Virus record (IMG/VR): IMGVR_UViG_3300002219_000864
Span: 1-64,000 of that record
DNA from: an uncultured virus (IMG/VR IMGVR_UViG_3300002219_000864)
Lineage: Duplodnaviria; Heunggongvirae; Uroviricota; Caudoviricetes
Strand: one strand, 5' to 3'
DNA: 64,000 nucleotides
Part shown: piece after piece, positions 50,201 to 60,449 of the stretch
Position numbering within the stretch: the first letter of the stretch is position 1
Layout of the letters: every line of letters starts with the position of its first letter
Translations under genes and position numbers: made by a program
The notes under the pieces: model-generated
Seen by the model: the letters and a program-made list of their open reading frames with translations, nothing else
What the model was told of the DNA's origin: nothing
Database searches by the model: none

Positions 50201-52779
50201 TAAGACCATTGCCCGGCATACTGGCCGATAAAATAGACCGATGTCCCCAGTTATATGATCAGGCACTTGCTCATCTCGGCATGCCGAAATTCGATCCCGA
50301 TGCCGACGAAAGATCTGGCAATACAAGACTTTTAGACGACTTAGCTTCGGCATTAGCTTCCGATATTCCAGACCCAAATATGTTTCTTAATCATATTCGT
50401 CTCGCCTGGAGTAATTATGCAACGGTTGATAGTGATACTTTTCCGAAATACATCATCATCAGTAATGCGCAAAAACAACTTGAAGCTGTTAAACCAGATG
50501 CAGGATTACCGATCTATCTTCCTGATAGTTCCTCTTCATTTGCGAGTGAACTAAATTTGTTTTCCTTGTCGGTCATTGAAATTGAAACGATGGATGCAAA
50601 GAGATTGGCTCCAGATTTTAAACGTTCCTATGGCGATGCTGTTCGTTTGGCTTCTGAGTTGGATGTTTGGCCAATAGTGGAGGGAAAGCGTTGGGAAAAA
50701 GAACCAGGGACACAATTTGTTGAGGACAAATTTGCTTGGTTACCTTCTGTTCTATTAACTTTGTATGCATTTGTCGGCTCTTCACCCCCAGGTCTTTATG
50801 CTAAAAAAATGTCTGGTTCGGTGCAAATCATGCGCGATGCTAAAATTTGCTGGGTTGACTCTCTCAATGCTGGTTTATGGATGGGGGATGAATCCATTGC
50901 CACTCCCGCTGTGACAGCAATGTGGTTATCACAAGAAAAGGTCCTTGTCTGCGACATCGCATTCAAAGATCAAATGAGCAAATACGCTGAAGCATTGAAG
51001 ACAATTATCGACAGAGATGATCTTGAATTACCTCTTAGGCATGTTCTCGAAAAACTGGAATACTTCGATGCGCCCACACATGATAATATCTGTACTGCTC
51101 TTGAATCCCTAAAGATTAAACCAGCGCAATATGACCAAGCCCTTGATTTATGGCAAGGTGATATTGGCCAAATGATCAGAATGACAATGCCTGTTGTTGC
51201 GTTACTAAATCCTGCGATGGAGATTGGTGCAATAGCAGATATTAAGAATGAAGAGAATTTAGAAATTTATCTGCAAAAATTAGAAATTAGCAATCTGACG
51301 CCACAAAAAATCTTAAGCCTTATCCGATCCGCAGACGACTATTATACACTTGGCAATAATCTATATGAAATACTTGGCGAAACAGCTCAGTTGGACCGGT
51401 GGAACGTGGCGCTTGTCAGAGTTGGAGAAAGACAAGTGTCCAATAGTAATGCTGAAGAGGAATTTCGCAACCAGCTAAGAAGCGCAAAAGGTCTCTTACT
51501 GGCAACATTAGCACATATTATACGGCGCCATAGTGCTGGATTACCATTTGAGGAAATAACGGAGCAACTGGAAAGGATTCCGTTTCCAGCGGTCTTAGCA
51601 TTCCAATTATGGGACGTCGAATTTGAACATGCCCTGCAAAACATTGTACCCTTCTTCGAAACCCTGAACGCCCTGCCTGATGAACTATCAGCCTTGAAAG
51701 ACTCAGACACACTTGAAGACCTGAAAAGTAATCTTCTGTCTGCCGGGGTAGAAGCAAATATCAACCCTATTTTGATACACAAAAAAAACCATGAGAATTT
51801 CAAAAATGTCCTGTTTGAATTTATGAAGATTGCCGTTGCTTTTTGCCTTCGGGAAAATATCAGCCCTTTGTCTTGGGAAAAATCACCCGAAGAGTCACTT
51901 TCTAATTTTGCAGAATTTTTCAAACATAAGGCATATTTGCATTTATGTAACAATGAGGAATATTATGAATTGATTCAATATCTCCCACGTGAAGAAACCC
52001 ATATAAATTTCTGGAATCATGTGGACCATTCAACAAATCTACAGACCCTGGCTGCATCACTATCGTTATCACCCGAACAAATAGAAGGGGCTGATATAGA
52101 ACTCGAAAAATATAAAGAGTTGAAGAGAAAACAAAATAGGTTGACACCTGTCTGCGAAAAGGAATTTGACTATACCGATGAAAACCTTTCACAACTTTGG
52201 AATCACATTATTGGGCAAATTCAAGAAGAATCTCTACCTGAAATTAATTTGAAAAGCATTTCTTCATTAGATTCAATAGCAAAGAGAAAAAAGAGACAAC
52301 ATGAAGAGACAAAAAAAACAAGTAAGCCAAAAGGCAGGACAAACAAAGAAATGGAACACCTGATAGGGTTTGCAGGTGAAATACACTCTTATCGGATGTT
52401 AAATAAAACCTATGGTAATGAGGTTGTTCATCCGGGAACGTGGAAATCATCATATAGCAAAAGAGTGTTTCCGGGCAATAGTTCGGACGATGAGATAGGT
52501 TGTGACTTTATTATTAATCAAAAGAAAATTAACTACTATATAGAAGTTAAAGCGTCTATGGAGGAGAACGATTCTTTTGAACTTGGCTCAAGCGAGATCC
52601 GTAAAGCAATGGATCTTGTAAAAAAGAAAAAACATATTTTCGTGATCATGCACGTACAAAATGCACTTTCAAAGAATCCAAAATTTCGACTGCTTCCAAA
52701 TCCTTATGACCCAAAATGCCACGGGGTTTACTCTATTGAAGATGCAGGAGCTCGAATACGATATCGCCTGAAGTCATGA
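47275..52779 (+). CDS. Sacsin/No-vein-like GHKL ATPase with C-terminal DUF3883-like PD-(D/E)XK nuclease
   Basis: ELIQNAHDA, V.NDG, IGNKGIGFRSV at the N-terminus; G.AGE...GCDF...YIEVKAS at the C-terminus; visibly more AT-rich than its neighbours. Confidence 0.85.
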   Translation: MNQRDFQNEIIRKTTGEIRTFLSQLAYETSGYKSLHNLTEQVEHQYHGRFLIELIQNAHDAMNEHNEPGDHGRLDILVDRDETPYGALYVANDGSPFTRSNFEHLSQLGQSDKDPEKSIGNKGIGFRSVLEISNAPEIYSRSTKNSVQFDGYCFYFSPSVTKMFEKPILDLIKGDDKPCSPIDSTVPLIEWGREQLTNFRNLYCSRDDHWLTKELKYLSPYLLPIPIQPSNKTKAIKAFEDKGFASVIRLPFKSDAACALAMKMTEALDENTILFLDRVKFLSLNSGIKLRLIERKPQALNDPNNGHEIKLEVVEDGEEGYTKKKYWLWSITLGEENNLEEREEIKKAILEDELPGRWPELSKATVSIAIRIDKEAEEGRINIYLPTQLPTGCAAHFNGPFYGDMSRTAIDFEKRFNKLLLRRIGSKAIEIILESLAGKGVDDARAILDILSPSPYETHAGSEWFNIVKEACKEKKINLSEQPIMLTDEGWKAIGYAKLIPGIHSPNVLTPDKIRDCAAFDVVHKDLMSRQREITSLFEAIGIRLFPLDEDLAATVENIAGEQLKAGEDANWNGFWHDLIKLFKNNAEPLKEKKILLGSDGELHSCDQSCTIFFPPRQGLDDDEIQIEGDSGDIPQTLRAHIAFLNEKIEIYNPKDARQQTVIRKFVELSLVQRYRVMEIIKSVLIPKIPSLPVPLRGDQSRICQDILLWALKLVAGMPDRGKGRSGTLQLLRQIPVPCYGGWYPIELSLFGPSWQRTAGTDVFDYLNGANTRECQEHLKKMLLPPIDKLWDGKGEMYQDLLESAGVIDGLRLVSIEPKDWDAGTMAYKSSYQLPDISPPCMPDDLWKKYTEVYSPKVRDQMYYSGYFSYEVQSLSMVPGLERYAIFDEKTRIALMNSLFAGMHRWKESWLTSDIKKVDGLEQHIKVESPLAYCLKSLPWIEIESDGNKEWAIPSQRWYIPKKHLLVGRSWRYGHLRPLPGILADKIDRCPQLYDQALAHLGMPKFDPDADERSGNTRLLDDLASALASDIPDPNMFLNHIRLAWSNYATVDSDTFPKYIIISNAQKQLEAVKPDAGLPIYLPDSSSSFASELNLFSLSVIEIETMDAKRLAPDFKRSYGDAVRLASELDVWPIVEGKRWEKEPGTQFVEDKFAWLPSVLLTLYAFVGSSPPGLYAKKMSGSVQIMRDAKICWVDSLNAGLWMGDESIATPAVTAMWLSQEKVLVCDIAFKDQMSKYAEALKTIIDRDDLELPLRHVLEKLEYFDAPTHDNICTALESLKIKPAQYDQALDLWQGDIGQMIRMTMPVVALLNPAMEIGAIADIKNEENLEIYLQKLEISNLTPQKILSLIRSADDYYTLGNNLYEILGETAQLDRWNVALVRVGERQVSNSNAEEEFRNQLRSAKGLLLATLAHIIRRHSAGLPFEEITEQLERIPFPAVLAFQLWDVEFEHALQNIVPFFETLNALPDELSALKDSDTLEDLKSNLLSAGVEANINPILIHKKNHENFKNVLFEFMKIAVAFCLRENISPLSWEKSPEESLSNFAEFFKHKAYLHLCNNEEYYELIQYLPREETHINFWNHVDHSTNLQTLAASLSLSPEQIEGADIELEKYKELKRKQNRLTPVCEKEFDYTDENLSQLWNHIIGQIQEESLPEINLKSISSLDSIAKRKKRQHEETKKTSKPKGRTNKEMEHLIGFAGEIHSYRMLNKTYGNEVVHPGTWKSSYSKRVFPGNSSDDEIGCDFIINQKKINYYIEVKASMEENDSFELGSSEIRKAMDLVKKKKHIFVIMHVQNALSKNPKFRLLPNPYDPKCHGVYSIEDAGARIRYRLKS

Positions 52780-52878
52780 TGAGGACTAGATTAAAGCATT
52801 TCGAGCATTTAGGAATAAATAAAACAGCTGACTCATATATTGTCCACAGCATCACCGTGCTCGGTGAACAAAGGGGAG

Positions 52879-52955
52879 GCGCCATCGCCTACAAAGCTCC
52901 CTTCGACCGCTGCGACCGGGAAACTGACTACGCCACCGCCTGGTCAGTCTTTGAA
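52879..52955 (+). repeat. Direct repeat copy 2: orphan duplicate of the MTase C-terminus (within the 64-aa ORF 52776-52970)
   Basis: Encodes AIAYKAPFDRCDRETDYATAWSVFE versus TITYAAPFDRCDRETDYTTAWAVFE in the MTase. Confidence 0.9.
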
Positions 52956-53051
52956 AAAAAGGTATTATAATGATGTGTATTCATAATACCCTTTGTGCAA
53001 AAAAAACATGCATCGAAACGACCCGATGGTTGAATAATCTATAGGAGGGAA

Positions 53052-54119
53052 ATGATGGCACATGAACTCTATATCAGAAAAGACGGCAAGGCTGCGATGA
53101 TGTATGTAGGCGAAGTTCCCTGGCATGGCCTGGGCATAAAACTTGACAAGCCTCCCAATTCATTAGAAGCAATAAAAGCGGCAGGACTGGATTGGGAAGT
53201 CGCCAAGTATCCTTTATTTGTTCAGTTTGGGAAAGATACTCAATTCATGAAGAAGGTTGACCGATATGGTCTCATGCCTGTCGATCGGATAAACTTGCCT
53301 GATTGTCCTGTATTTGGTGTTGTCGGCCAGGATTACGGAATCGTTCAAAATCGGGATGCGTTTTCTTTTTTTGACCCTATCATCTCTGACACACTTGCCT
53401 TTTATGAAACAGCGGGTGCTTTAGGAGAGGGTGAGCGGGTATGGGTACTTGCTAGACTCCCGGGAGACGTTGTTGTTTACAAAGACGACCGGTTGATGAA
53501 ATACCTCCTGTTGGTCAATTCCCATACGGGCATGGCGTCCGTTCAGATCAAACTGACCCCGGTCCGTGTCGTCTGCAATAATACGCTGACAATGGCGCTT
53601 TCTTTCGGCGAATCCATGAGGATTCCTCACTTTCCAGATGTGAAAAAGCGGCTGGACTTCGCCAGCACCACCATAAAAAAGGTCTTTGATAATTATCGTA
53701 TTGTGGAAGAGAGCTTCAAAAAAATGGCGTCAAAACCATTTAAGGAACAAGACTACAGAAACTACCTGGATGGCGTCCTGCCCGTTCCGAAATTGAATCC
53801 CGGCGACGGTAAGCAGAAGGAGCAACGAATCGAAAGAATCGTCGGACAAAGAGAAGACTGCACCCGCATGTTCGAAATTGGCCATGAAAATGATCCTCCA
53901 GAAATAAAACATACCCTTTGGACCGCATACAACAGCATCGTTTATTTTGCCGATTACATTCTTCCGTTGTCGGATAGGATTGAAATCTCCAATTTAAATG
54001 ACTTATGGAAAAAGTATGAAAAAGAAGACCTGGAGAGGCGCATCAAAAGAATCTGGTTCGGGGATGCAGCGAATTTGAAAGTGCGAGCTTATGATACAGC
54101 AGTTGGATTTATGAATTAA
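53052..54119 (+). CDS. DUF932 / TIGR03299-like mobile-element protein
   Basis: MAHEL...PWHGLG, AGLDWEV, QN.DAF.FFD, YETAGAL, NSH.G, TPVRVVCNNTL; AGGAGG SD. Confidence 0.85.
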   Translation: MMAHELYIRKDGKAAMMYVGEVPWHGLGIKLDKPPNSLEAIKAAGLDWEVAKYPLFVQFGKDTQFMKKVDRYGLMPVDRINLPDCPVFGVVGQDYGIVQNRDAFSFFDPIISDTLAFYETAGALGEGERVWVLARLPGDVVVYKDDRLMKYLLLVNSHTGMASVQIKLTPVRVVCNNTLTMALSFGESMRIPHFPDVKKRLDFASTTIKKVFDNYRIVEESFKKMASKPFKEQDYRNYLDGVLPVPKLNPGDGKQKEQRIERIVGQREDCTRMFEIGHENDPPEIKHTLWTAYNSIVYFADYILPLSDRIEISNLNDLWKKYEKEDLERRIKRIWFGDAANLKVRAYDTAVGFMN

Positions 54120-54134
54120 ATGAAAGCAGGTTAG

Positions 54135-57100
54135 ATGATACCATCCGTCTTATCTAGTCAAGTTCAAAAGGGCGTTGAGGATTTTCTCAAGACGACCTTC
54201 CCCGTTTCTACTCCGTTTTTCCGCGGGGTGATGGACCGGTTTTTGGGGGAGGCCGGCGGTATTTTCAAGGGACCTTACATCTCAATAAAGCTTCCCTACC
54301 GAATCGCGTCCATCAGCCCGTTTTTTTTTCCGGACATTCCCCTTCCCTTTCCGCCCTACCTGCACCAAGAACAGTCATTTCGAAGGCTCTCCGGGGAGCA
54401 CCCCATCTCCACTATCATCGCCACAGGCACCGGTTCGGGAAAGACGGAATGTTTTCTCTATCCGATCCTAGATTACTGCCGACGACACCGGGGGGAACCG
54501 GGCATTAAGGCTATCATCATCTACCCCATGAATGCCTTGGCCACAGACCAGGCGAAGCGCATTGCCCGGCTTATTCATGATAACCCTAATCTCAAAAACC
54601 AGATTAAGGCGGGGCTTTACATCGGCGGTCAGCAGGGAACTCACACCATCCCGGTTATGGGCCTTGAGAATATCATCACCGACCGTGATACCCTCCGTCT
54701 TTCACCGCCCGATATCCTGCTAACTAACTACAAAATGTTGGATTACCTGCTAATCCGCCCCAGAGACTTCCCCCTGTGGAAGGAAAACGACCCAGAAACA
54801 TTGAAATATCTGGTGGTTGATGAAATCCACACCTTCGACGGCGCACAGGGGACAGACCTGGCTTGCCTGATCCGCCGTCTCAAAAGCAGATTGAAATTGG
54901 AGAAGGAGCGCCTTTGTTGTGTAGGGACCTCCGCCACCTTAGGCGAGAAGGAAACGCAAAGGATCTGTGCATATGCAGGGAAGGTTTTTGGCGAAACTTT
55001 TGACACGGATGCAGTTATCGCGGAATCCCTTGTGTCCTCAGAAGAATTCCTGTCGGACAGCCAGATTGAGCGCAGCAACGTCATTTCGCCGGACCATACG
55101 GAAGCGCTCAACCCGGAGAGCTATGAGAATGATCAGACCTATCTCAAGGCCCAGTATAAGCTTTGGTTCGGGGATGTCGTTGACACGGACGACGAGAGGT
55201 GGCCTGTTTCTTTGACAGAAATGTTTAGAAAACACGGTTTCTTCTGGAAGCTCATTCTCTCGCTTAATAACCGAATTGTCCCTCTCGATGAACTTATCCT
55301 GCTCTTTGATCGGTTCACCCCTGAGTTTGCCGATGCTCCAGAGGAATATAAGCGCTACGTCATGGACAGCATGATCGCCTTGATCTCGGCGGCCCGGGTA
55401 AAAAGGGGTAACGGCCTGGCGCCTTTCCTCAATGTCCGGCTGCATCTCTGGCTCCGGGAACTCCGACGGATTGTTGGCAATATCGAGCATCCACCTGCAC
55501 TTCATTTTTCCGATGATTTGAAAGAAGAGGATCAAAGCTGTCATCTGCCCATTATCCACTGCCGGGAGTGCGGCGCCATGGGATGGGGTGGCACAAAACG
55601 GGAGCAAGATCAGCAGATCAATCCCGATTTGCAGCATTTTTACACCACTTTCTTCCACTACAGTCCCACGATTGTTGTGCTCTTTCCCGACGTCGCACAG
55701 GTGGAGCAAGGAGGCCAGGACGAGTTCGGGTGGGTTTTTTGCGGCAATTGCCTTCATGTTGCAATGGGCAAGCACGTCAAGAACGCCTGTTCCGCATGCG
55801 GCGACAAGGATCACCTGATACCGGTCTTTATGCCAAACTTAAGACGAAAAAAGGAACACGCCGTGGTGGGAAGCCATGACTGTCCTTACTGCCAGGGTTA
55901 CAACAGCCTGACTATTCTCGGTTCACGGGCCGCAAGCCTTACCAGTGTTGTCATCAGTCAGCTTTATGCCTCAACCTTCAATAAAGACAAAAAGCTCCTG
56001 ACCTTCTCAGACTCTGTTCAGGATGCCGCCCATCGGGCCGGGTTTTTCGCTGCCCGGACATATCGCTTCAATCTGCGCGGGGCGATTCAGAAATTCCTGA
56101 ATGAACAGGCAACGGAACTGCCACTGACGGAAATCCCTGCCGCTTTTGTCCGTTTCTGGCGGGAACGCCTGGGTGAGGAGAAATTTGTCGCCACGTTCCT
56201 TCCCCCTGATATGGCATGGTTCAACGACTACGAAACACTGGTGGAGACAGGGAAATTACCGTCGGGATCAGCCCTTTTGGACGATCTGAAAAGGCGCATC
56301 GATTGGGAAATCATTAGCGAATACGGTTTCAACGGACGTATCGGCCGTACCCTGGAGAAGACGGGATCATCCGTGGCCTGCGTGGACCGTGAGAAGCTCC
56401 GGGACGCGGCGGATACGCTTTGTGAGACCCTTCGTAACGAAATAGGGATTCTGCAGGACCTCGATCAAGAGATCGTCTCAAGGTTTATGGTCGGCCTTCT
56501 GAACCAGATGAGGACAAAAGGTGCCCTTTTTCACCCGGCACTGAAGAACTACATAGAAGACTGGGGCAACACCTATTTCATCAATAAAATATTACAATGG
56601 ATGCCCAATTTTGGTAAGTTTTCTCGAACACCAGCATTTTTGACCACAAAGCGGGGGACCCGTTTTGACGTCCTTCTCAGTTCCGGTCGCTCTCTTCTAA
56701 CCTGGTACGAAGATTGGCTCTTAAAATCCCTCAGCCCGATCCATCCCCAACTCATTGAATACCGTGAACCCATTTTCAACCTGGTGATCAAGGCACTCTT
56801 GAATAGCGGGATATTGGGTGAGAGGCAGGTGAAGGGCTTCCCTGTCTGGGGGATGAACGCGGAGTATTTCCGCGTCACCAGCCGGGTAGTTCAGTTTCGG
56901 TGTCAGGTATGCAGCCACAACGTTTCGGTCGCCGCTGATGAAGAAGACCTCTGGCAGGACAATGCGTGTCAGCGTTTCTCATGCCGGGGCAGGTATTTCC
57001 GGGAAGCGCCTTCCCGCGACTATTACGGCCTCCTCTATGCCACCGGCGATGTACAAAGGATCTTCACGGCGGAACATACGGGGCTTTTGCAACGGGACAA

Positions 57101-60100
57101 GCGGGAGACACTTGAGAAGCGTTTCATGGTCGAGAATCCACCCCCCGGTGCTCCTAATCTTCTTTCCTGTACACCTACCCTGGAGCTTGGGATCGATATC
57201 GGTGACCTTTCCTCCGTGATTCTCTGTTCCGTCCCGCCTGCCGAATCCAACTATATGCAGCGTATCGGGCGCTCGGGACGTAAGAACGGGAACTCATTTA
57301 ACCTTACCGTAGCTAACGGCCGCCCCCACGACCTCTATTTCTATTCGGAACCGGAAGCGATGATCTCCGGGAACATCGAACCACCTGGATGCTTTCTCGA
57401 CGCTCCGGCTGTTCTAGAAAGGCAGATGACGGCCTTCTGTTTTGATCATTGGATCGAGTCGGATATTCCAGTGACGGCTATCCCCGACCATCTCGGCCAG
57501 GTGCTTAGTCAGCTTAGCGATCATGGTAACAAGAAAAAATTTCCCTTCAATTTCATATCTCATATTGAGCTACACCGAAGTCAACTCTTGGCGGATTTTA
57601 TTGCCATGTTTCATGATTCCCTGACTGACCACTCCCACGAGCACCTCCGCGGCTTTATTTATGGCAGTGCCGACGGCAAGCAGGGCTTGATCTACCGCAT
57701 TATCGAGTGTTTGAACGGCATCCATAAAGAACGTGACAATCTCCGCAAGCGGGTCCAGAAATTAAACCAGCTAATCAAGGAAAAAGAACGTAACCCGATC
57801 AAAGATCAGAATTATGAAAGCGAGATGGATGAGCTCTTCCGGGAAAAGGAGGCCCTCAACAGCATCATTAGAAGAATGAACGAAAAAGAAACGTATAACT
57901 TCTTCACCGACGAGGGGCTTTTGCCAAATTATGCTTTTCCGGAGGCGGGGATAGTATTGCAGTCCATCATCTACAAACGGAAACAGAAACCTGACAAAGA
58001 GGGAAAATACCAAACGACAACGTATGATTACGAGCGCCCGGCAGTCTCAGCGATACACGAACTGGCTCCGGACAGTCATTTCTATGCCGAAGGCCGTAAG
58101 GTGAAAGTTGACCAGATCAATTTAAGTCTATCTGAAATCGAGGAATGGCGGTTCTGTGACAAATGCTCCCATATGGAACTGGTAGTGGGCGATACATCAT
58201 CCACCTGTCCATCCTGCGGCAGCGTCCTTTGGTGCGATGATGGTCAGAAAAAGCGGATGATTAGAATGCGACAGGTTATGGCCACAACCTCTGACTACAC
58301 AAGCCGCATCCAGGATGACAGTGACGAACGGGAACCAGAATTTTTTCACAAGCAGATTCTTCTTGATATGGATGAATCATCAGTGGAATCGGCTTTCAAA
58401 GTCAGCGACGAGGTCTTTCCTTTTGGAATGGAATTTGTCCGGAAGGTTACGTTCCGGGAGATGAATTTTGGAAAACAGGGAAATACCGGTGAGACCGTAA
58501 TGATTGCGGGACGGGAAATCCCGAAGAATGGATTTGCTGTTTGCCGGGGCTGCGGCAAGGTTCAGGGGGGTGAGAGGCCCGTTCATACTATGACCTGCAG
58601 CAAGAGGGATGCAGATCCTGCAAAAAACATTCTTGATTTTCTTTATCTCTATCGTGAATTCTCCTCGGAAGCCCTGCGAATTCTCTTGCCGGCGAAACCC
58701 CTTTCCTGGCCGGACAGGAAGCTCCATTCCTTCACGGCGGCGTTCTACCTAGGATTGAAGAAAAAATTCGAGGGCAATATAGACCATATCCGGGCGACTA
58801 TCCATGAAGAACCGTCGCCGGATCATCAATACAGGAAAAGATACCTTGTCCTGTATGACATGGTTCCGGGAGGCACCGGGTATCTTAAGGAACTCATGCA
58901 GGATGAACAACCGCTTATGGACGTCTTCCAGATGGCCCTGGATGTTCTTAAGGCATGTGACTGCAATCAGGATCCCGAAAAAGACGGCTGTTATCGATGC
59001 CTCTATGCCTACCGGAACAATTATGAACGAAACAACACTTCGCGGGATTCTGCCATCGAGTTACTATCCGAGATTCTCAAATATCGTGATCGACTGGTCA
59101 AAACTGACTCTTTGAAAAACCTGTCAATAAACCCCCTTTTGGACAGTGAATTGGAGGAGCGCTTCATTGAGGCACTTCGATCATTCCAAGCGCAGGATAT
59201 CGAAATTACCCTGCGTAAGGAAGTCGTCAAGGGGAAACCCGGCTGGTACCTCAAAGTCAATGATCGAGGTTATTTCATCGTTCCCCAAGTGGAACTGGGA
59301 TTCGGGGAGGGAATTGTCGTTCCGTCGCGGGCAGATTTTATCTTTTATCCGGAATTGTCCCGCGATGGTAAACCAGTTGTGGTTTTTACTGATGGGTTCA
59401 TGTACCACGCCGGGAAAGGCAACCATAATCGCATCGGCAAGGACCTTGCCCAACGGATGGCCATTGCCCGAAGCGGTAAGTATGTCGTCTGGTCTCTTTC
59501 CTGGGACGACGTGGACAACAGTATCCATAAGAAGGACTGCCACTATGATAATTTTCTCGGCGATGGGAATGAAAAAATCAATGGCTTCCATGCCCATTAC
59601 GATGCCCAATTCAACGTCAAAAAATTGGGAGCAATACGATATCAAGCAAGTTTTGACATACTGATGACATATCTTGCCGATCCCAATTCTAACATGTGGC
59701 GGATGTATGCCCTCATCCACGGACTGGTTCATCTGGACTGTGTCTGTAAGGATGAGGTGATTCGTTCTGCTACTGATGAACTGTGGGAAGATTTATCATG
59801 GCGCGATATCCAAGTGGGCATTAATCCCGACAAGTCAGGGTCTTCTTTTGTCGGGCTGTACCAAAAAAACTGCGAGGATAACCCCTTAATAAAGCTGGTT
59901 GTCTACATTGGCAAGGATGATTATAGAGAAAATCGTTTCCATAGTATATCAGTTATTTGCCGTTTTTTTGATGACGACGATCTTGCGGACAAAACCTATT
60001 TCAAGGGGGCATGGAATGGTTTTATTAGGATGTACAACGTCTATCAATTTATCCCGGACGCCGTTTTTATTACGACAAAAGGAATTTCCGAAGGTCAGTA

Positions 60101-60449
60101 TCTATGGCTAATGGCCGACTCAGCCACGCAAAAAGATCAATCGTCCGAAGAATCCAATGCACTGGTCACATTGCAAACCGTTACCGATGCACGCATTCAT
60201 CCGCTCCTGTCTTTTCTCGTAACACACAACTTGCCGCTTCCCGAAGCGGGATTTGAATTATGTGATGAAAAGGGTGAAATCATCGCAACCGCCGAACTCT
60301 CCTGGCCTGCCAAGAAGATCGCTTTTCTGAGAGAGAATGAACAGGGATACGAGCATGTCTTTACTGCTAATGGCTGGCGGTCTGCTGCGCTTAATACTGT
60401 GATTGCCAGTCCATCAATATGTATTTCCATCTTTAATGAGGAGAAATAA
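54135..60449 (+). CDS. YprA-like DEAD/DEAH helicase with DUF1998 and C-terminal nuclease-like region
   Basis: TGTGSGKTE, YPMNALATDQ, DEIH, TPTLELGIDIG, QRIGRSGR, several CxxC clusters, YDMVPGGTGYL, DGCYRCL, ADF...VFTDG..YH; 2104 aa. Confidence 0.9.
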   Translation: MIPSVLSSQVQKGVEDFLKTTFPVSTPFFRGVMDRFLGEAGGIFKGPYISIKLPYRIASISPFFFPDIPLPFPPYLHQEQSFRRLSGEHPISTIIATGTGSGKTECFLYPILDYCRRHRGEPGIKAIIIYPMNALATDQAKRIARLIHDNPNLKNQIKAGLYIGGQQGTHTIPVMGLENIITDRDTLRLSPPDILLTNYKMLDYLLIRPRDFPLWKENDPETLKYLVVDEIHTFDGAQGTDLACLIRRLKSRLKLEKERLCCVGTSATLGEKETQRICAYAGKVFGETFDTDAVIAESLVSSEEFLSDSQIERSNVISPDHTEALNPESYENDQTYLKAQYKLWFGDVVDTDDERWPVSLTEMFRKHGFFWKLILSLNNRIVPLDELILLFDRFTPEFADAPEEYKRYVMDSMIALISAARVKRGNGLAPFLNVRLHLWLRELRRIVGNIEHPPALHFSDDLKEEDQSCHLPIIHCRECGAMGWGGTKREQDQQINPDLQHFYTTFFHYSPTIVVLFPDVAQVEQGGQDEFGWVFCGNCLHVAMGKHVKNACSACGDKDHLIPVFMPNLRRKKEHAVVGSHDCPYCQGYNSLTILGSRAASLTSVVISQLYASTFNKDKKLLTFSDSVQDAAHRAGFFAARTYRFNLRGAIQKFLNEQATELPLTEIPAAFVRFWRERLGEEKFVATFLPPDMAWFNDYETLVETGKLPSGSALLDDLKRRIDWEIISEYGFNGRIGRTLEKTGSSVACVDREKLRDAADTLCETLRNEIGILQDLDQEIVSRFMVGLLNQMRTKGALFHPALKNYIEDWGNTYFINKILQWMPNFGKFSRTPAFLTTKRGTRFDVLLSSGRSLLTWYEDWLLKSLSPIHPQLIEYREPIFNLVIKALLNSGILGERQVKGFPVWGMNAEYFRVTSRVVQFRCQVCSHNVSVAADEEDLWQDNACQRFSCRGRYFREAPSRDYYGLLYATGDVQRIFTAEHTGLLQRDKRETLEKRFMVENPPPGAPNLLSCTPTLELGIDIGDLSSVILCSVPPAESNYMQRIGRSGRKNGNSFNLTVANGRPHDLYFYSEPEAMISGNIEPPGCFLDAPAVLERQMTAFCFDHWIESDIPVTAIPDHLGQVLSQLSDHGNKKKFPFNFISHIELHRSQLLADFIAMFHDSLTDHSHEHLRGFIYGSADGKQGLIYRIIECLNGIHKERDNLRKRVQKLNQLIKEKERNPIKDQNYESEMDELFREKEALNSIIRRMNEKETYNFFTDEGLLPNYAFPEAGIVLQSIIYKRKQKPDKEGKYQTTTYDYERPAVSAIHELAPDSHFYAEGRKVKVDQINLSLSEIEEWRFCDKCSHMELVVGDTSSTCPSCGSVLWCDDGQKKRMIRMRQVMATTSDYTSRIQDDSDEREPEFFHKQILLDMDESSVESAFKVSDEVFPFGMEFVRKVTFREMNFGKQGNTGETVMIAGREIPKNGFAVCRGCGKVQGGERPVHTMTCSKRDADPAKNILDFLYLYREFSSEALRILLPAKPLSWPDRKLHSFTAAFYLGLKKKFEGNIDHIRATIHEEPSPDHQYRKRYLVLYDMVPGGTGYLKELMQDEQPLMDVFQMALDVLKACDCNQDPEKDGCYRCLYAYRNNYERNNTSRDSAIELLSEILKYRDRLVKTDSLKNLSINPLLDSELEERFIEALRSFQAQDIEITLRKEVVKGKPGWYLKVNDRGYFIVPQVELGFGEGIVVPSRADFIFYPELSRDGKPVVVFTDGFMYHAGKGNHNRIGKDLAQRMAIARSGKYVVWSLSWDDVDNSIHKKDCHYDNFLGDGNEKINGFHAHYDAQFNVKKLGAIRYQASFDILMTYLADPNSNMWRMYALIHGLVHLDCVCKDEVIRSATDELWEDLSWRDIQVGINPDKSGSSFVGLYQKNCEDNPLIKLVVYIGKDDYRENRFHSISVICRFFDDDDLADKTYFKGAWNGFIRMYNVYQFIPDAVFITTKGISEGQYLWLMADSATQKDQSSEESNALVTLQTVTDARIHPLLSFLVTHNLPLPEAGFELCDEKGEIIATAELSWPAKKIAFLRENEQGYEHVFTANGWRSAALNTVIASPSICISIFNEEK

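Noticed and set aside
47181..52955. DGR template/variable repeat pair
   Set aside because: Mismatches are not confined to adenines of one copy and no reverse transcriptase is present in the window.
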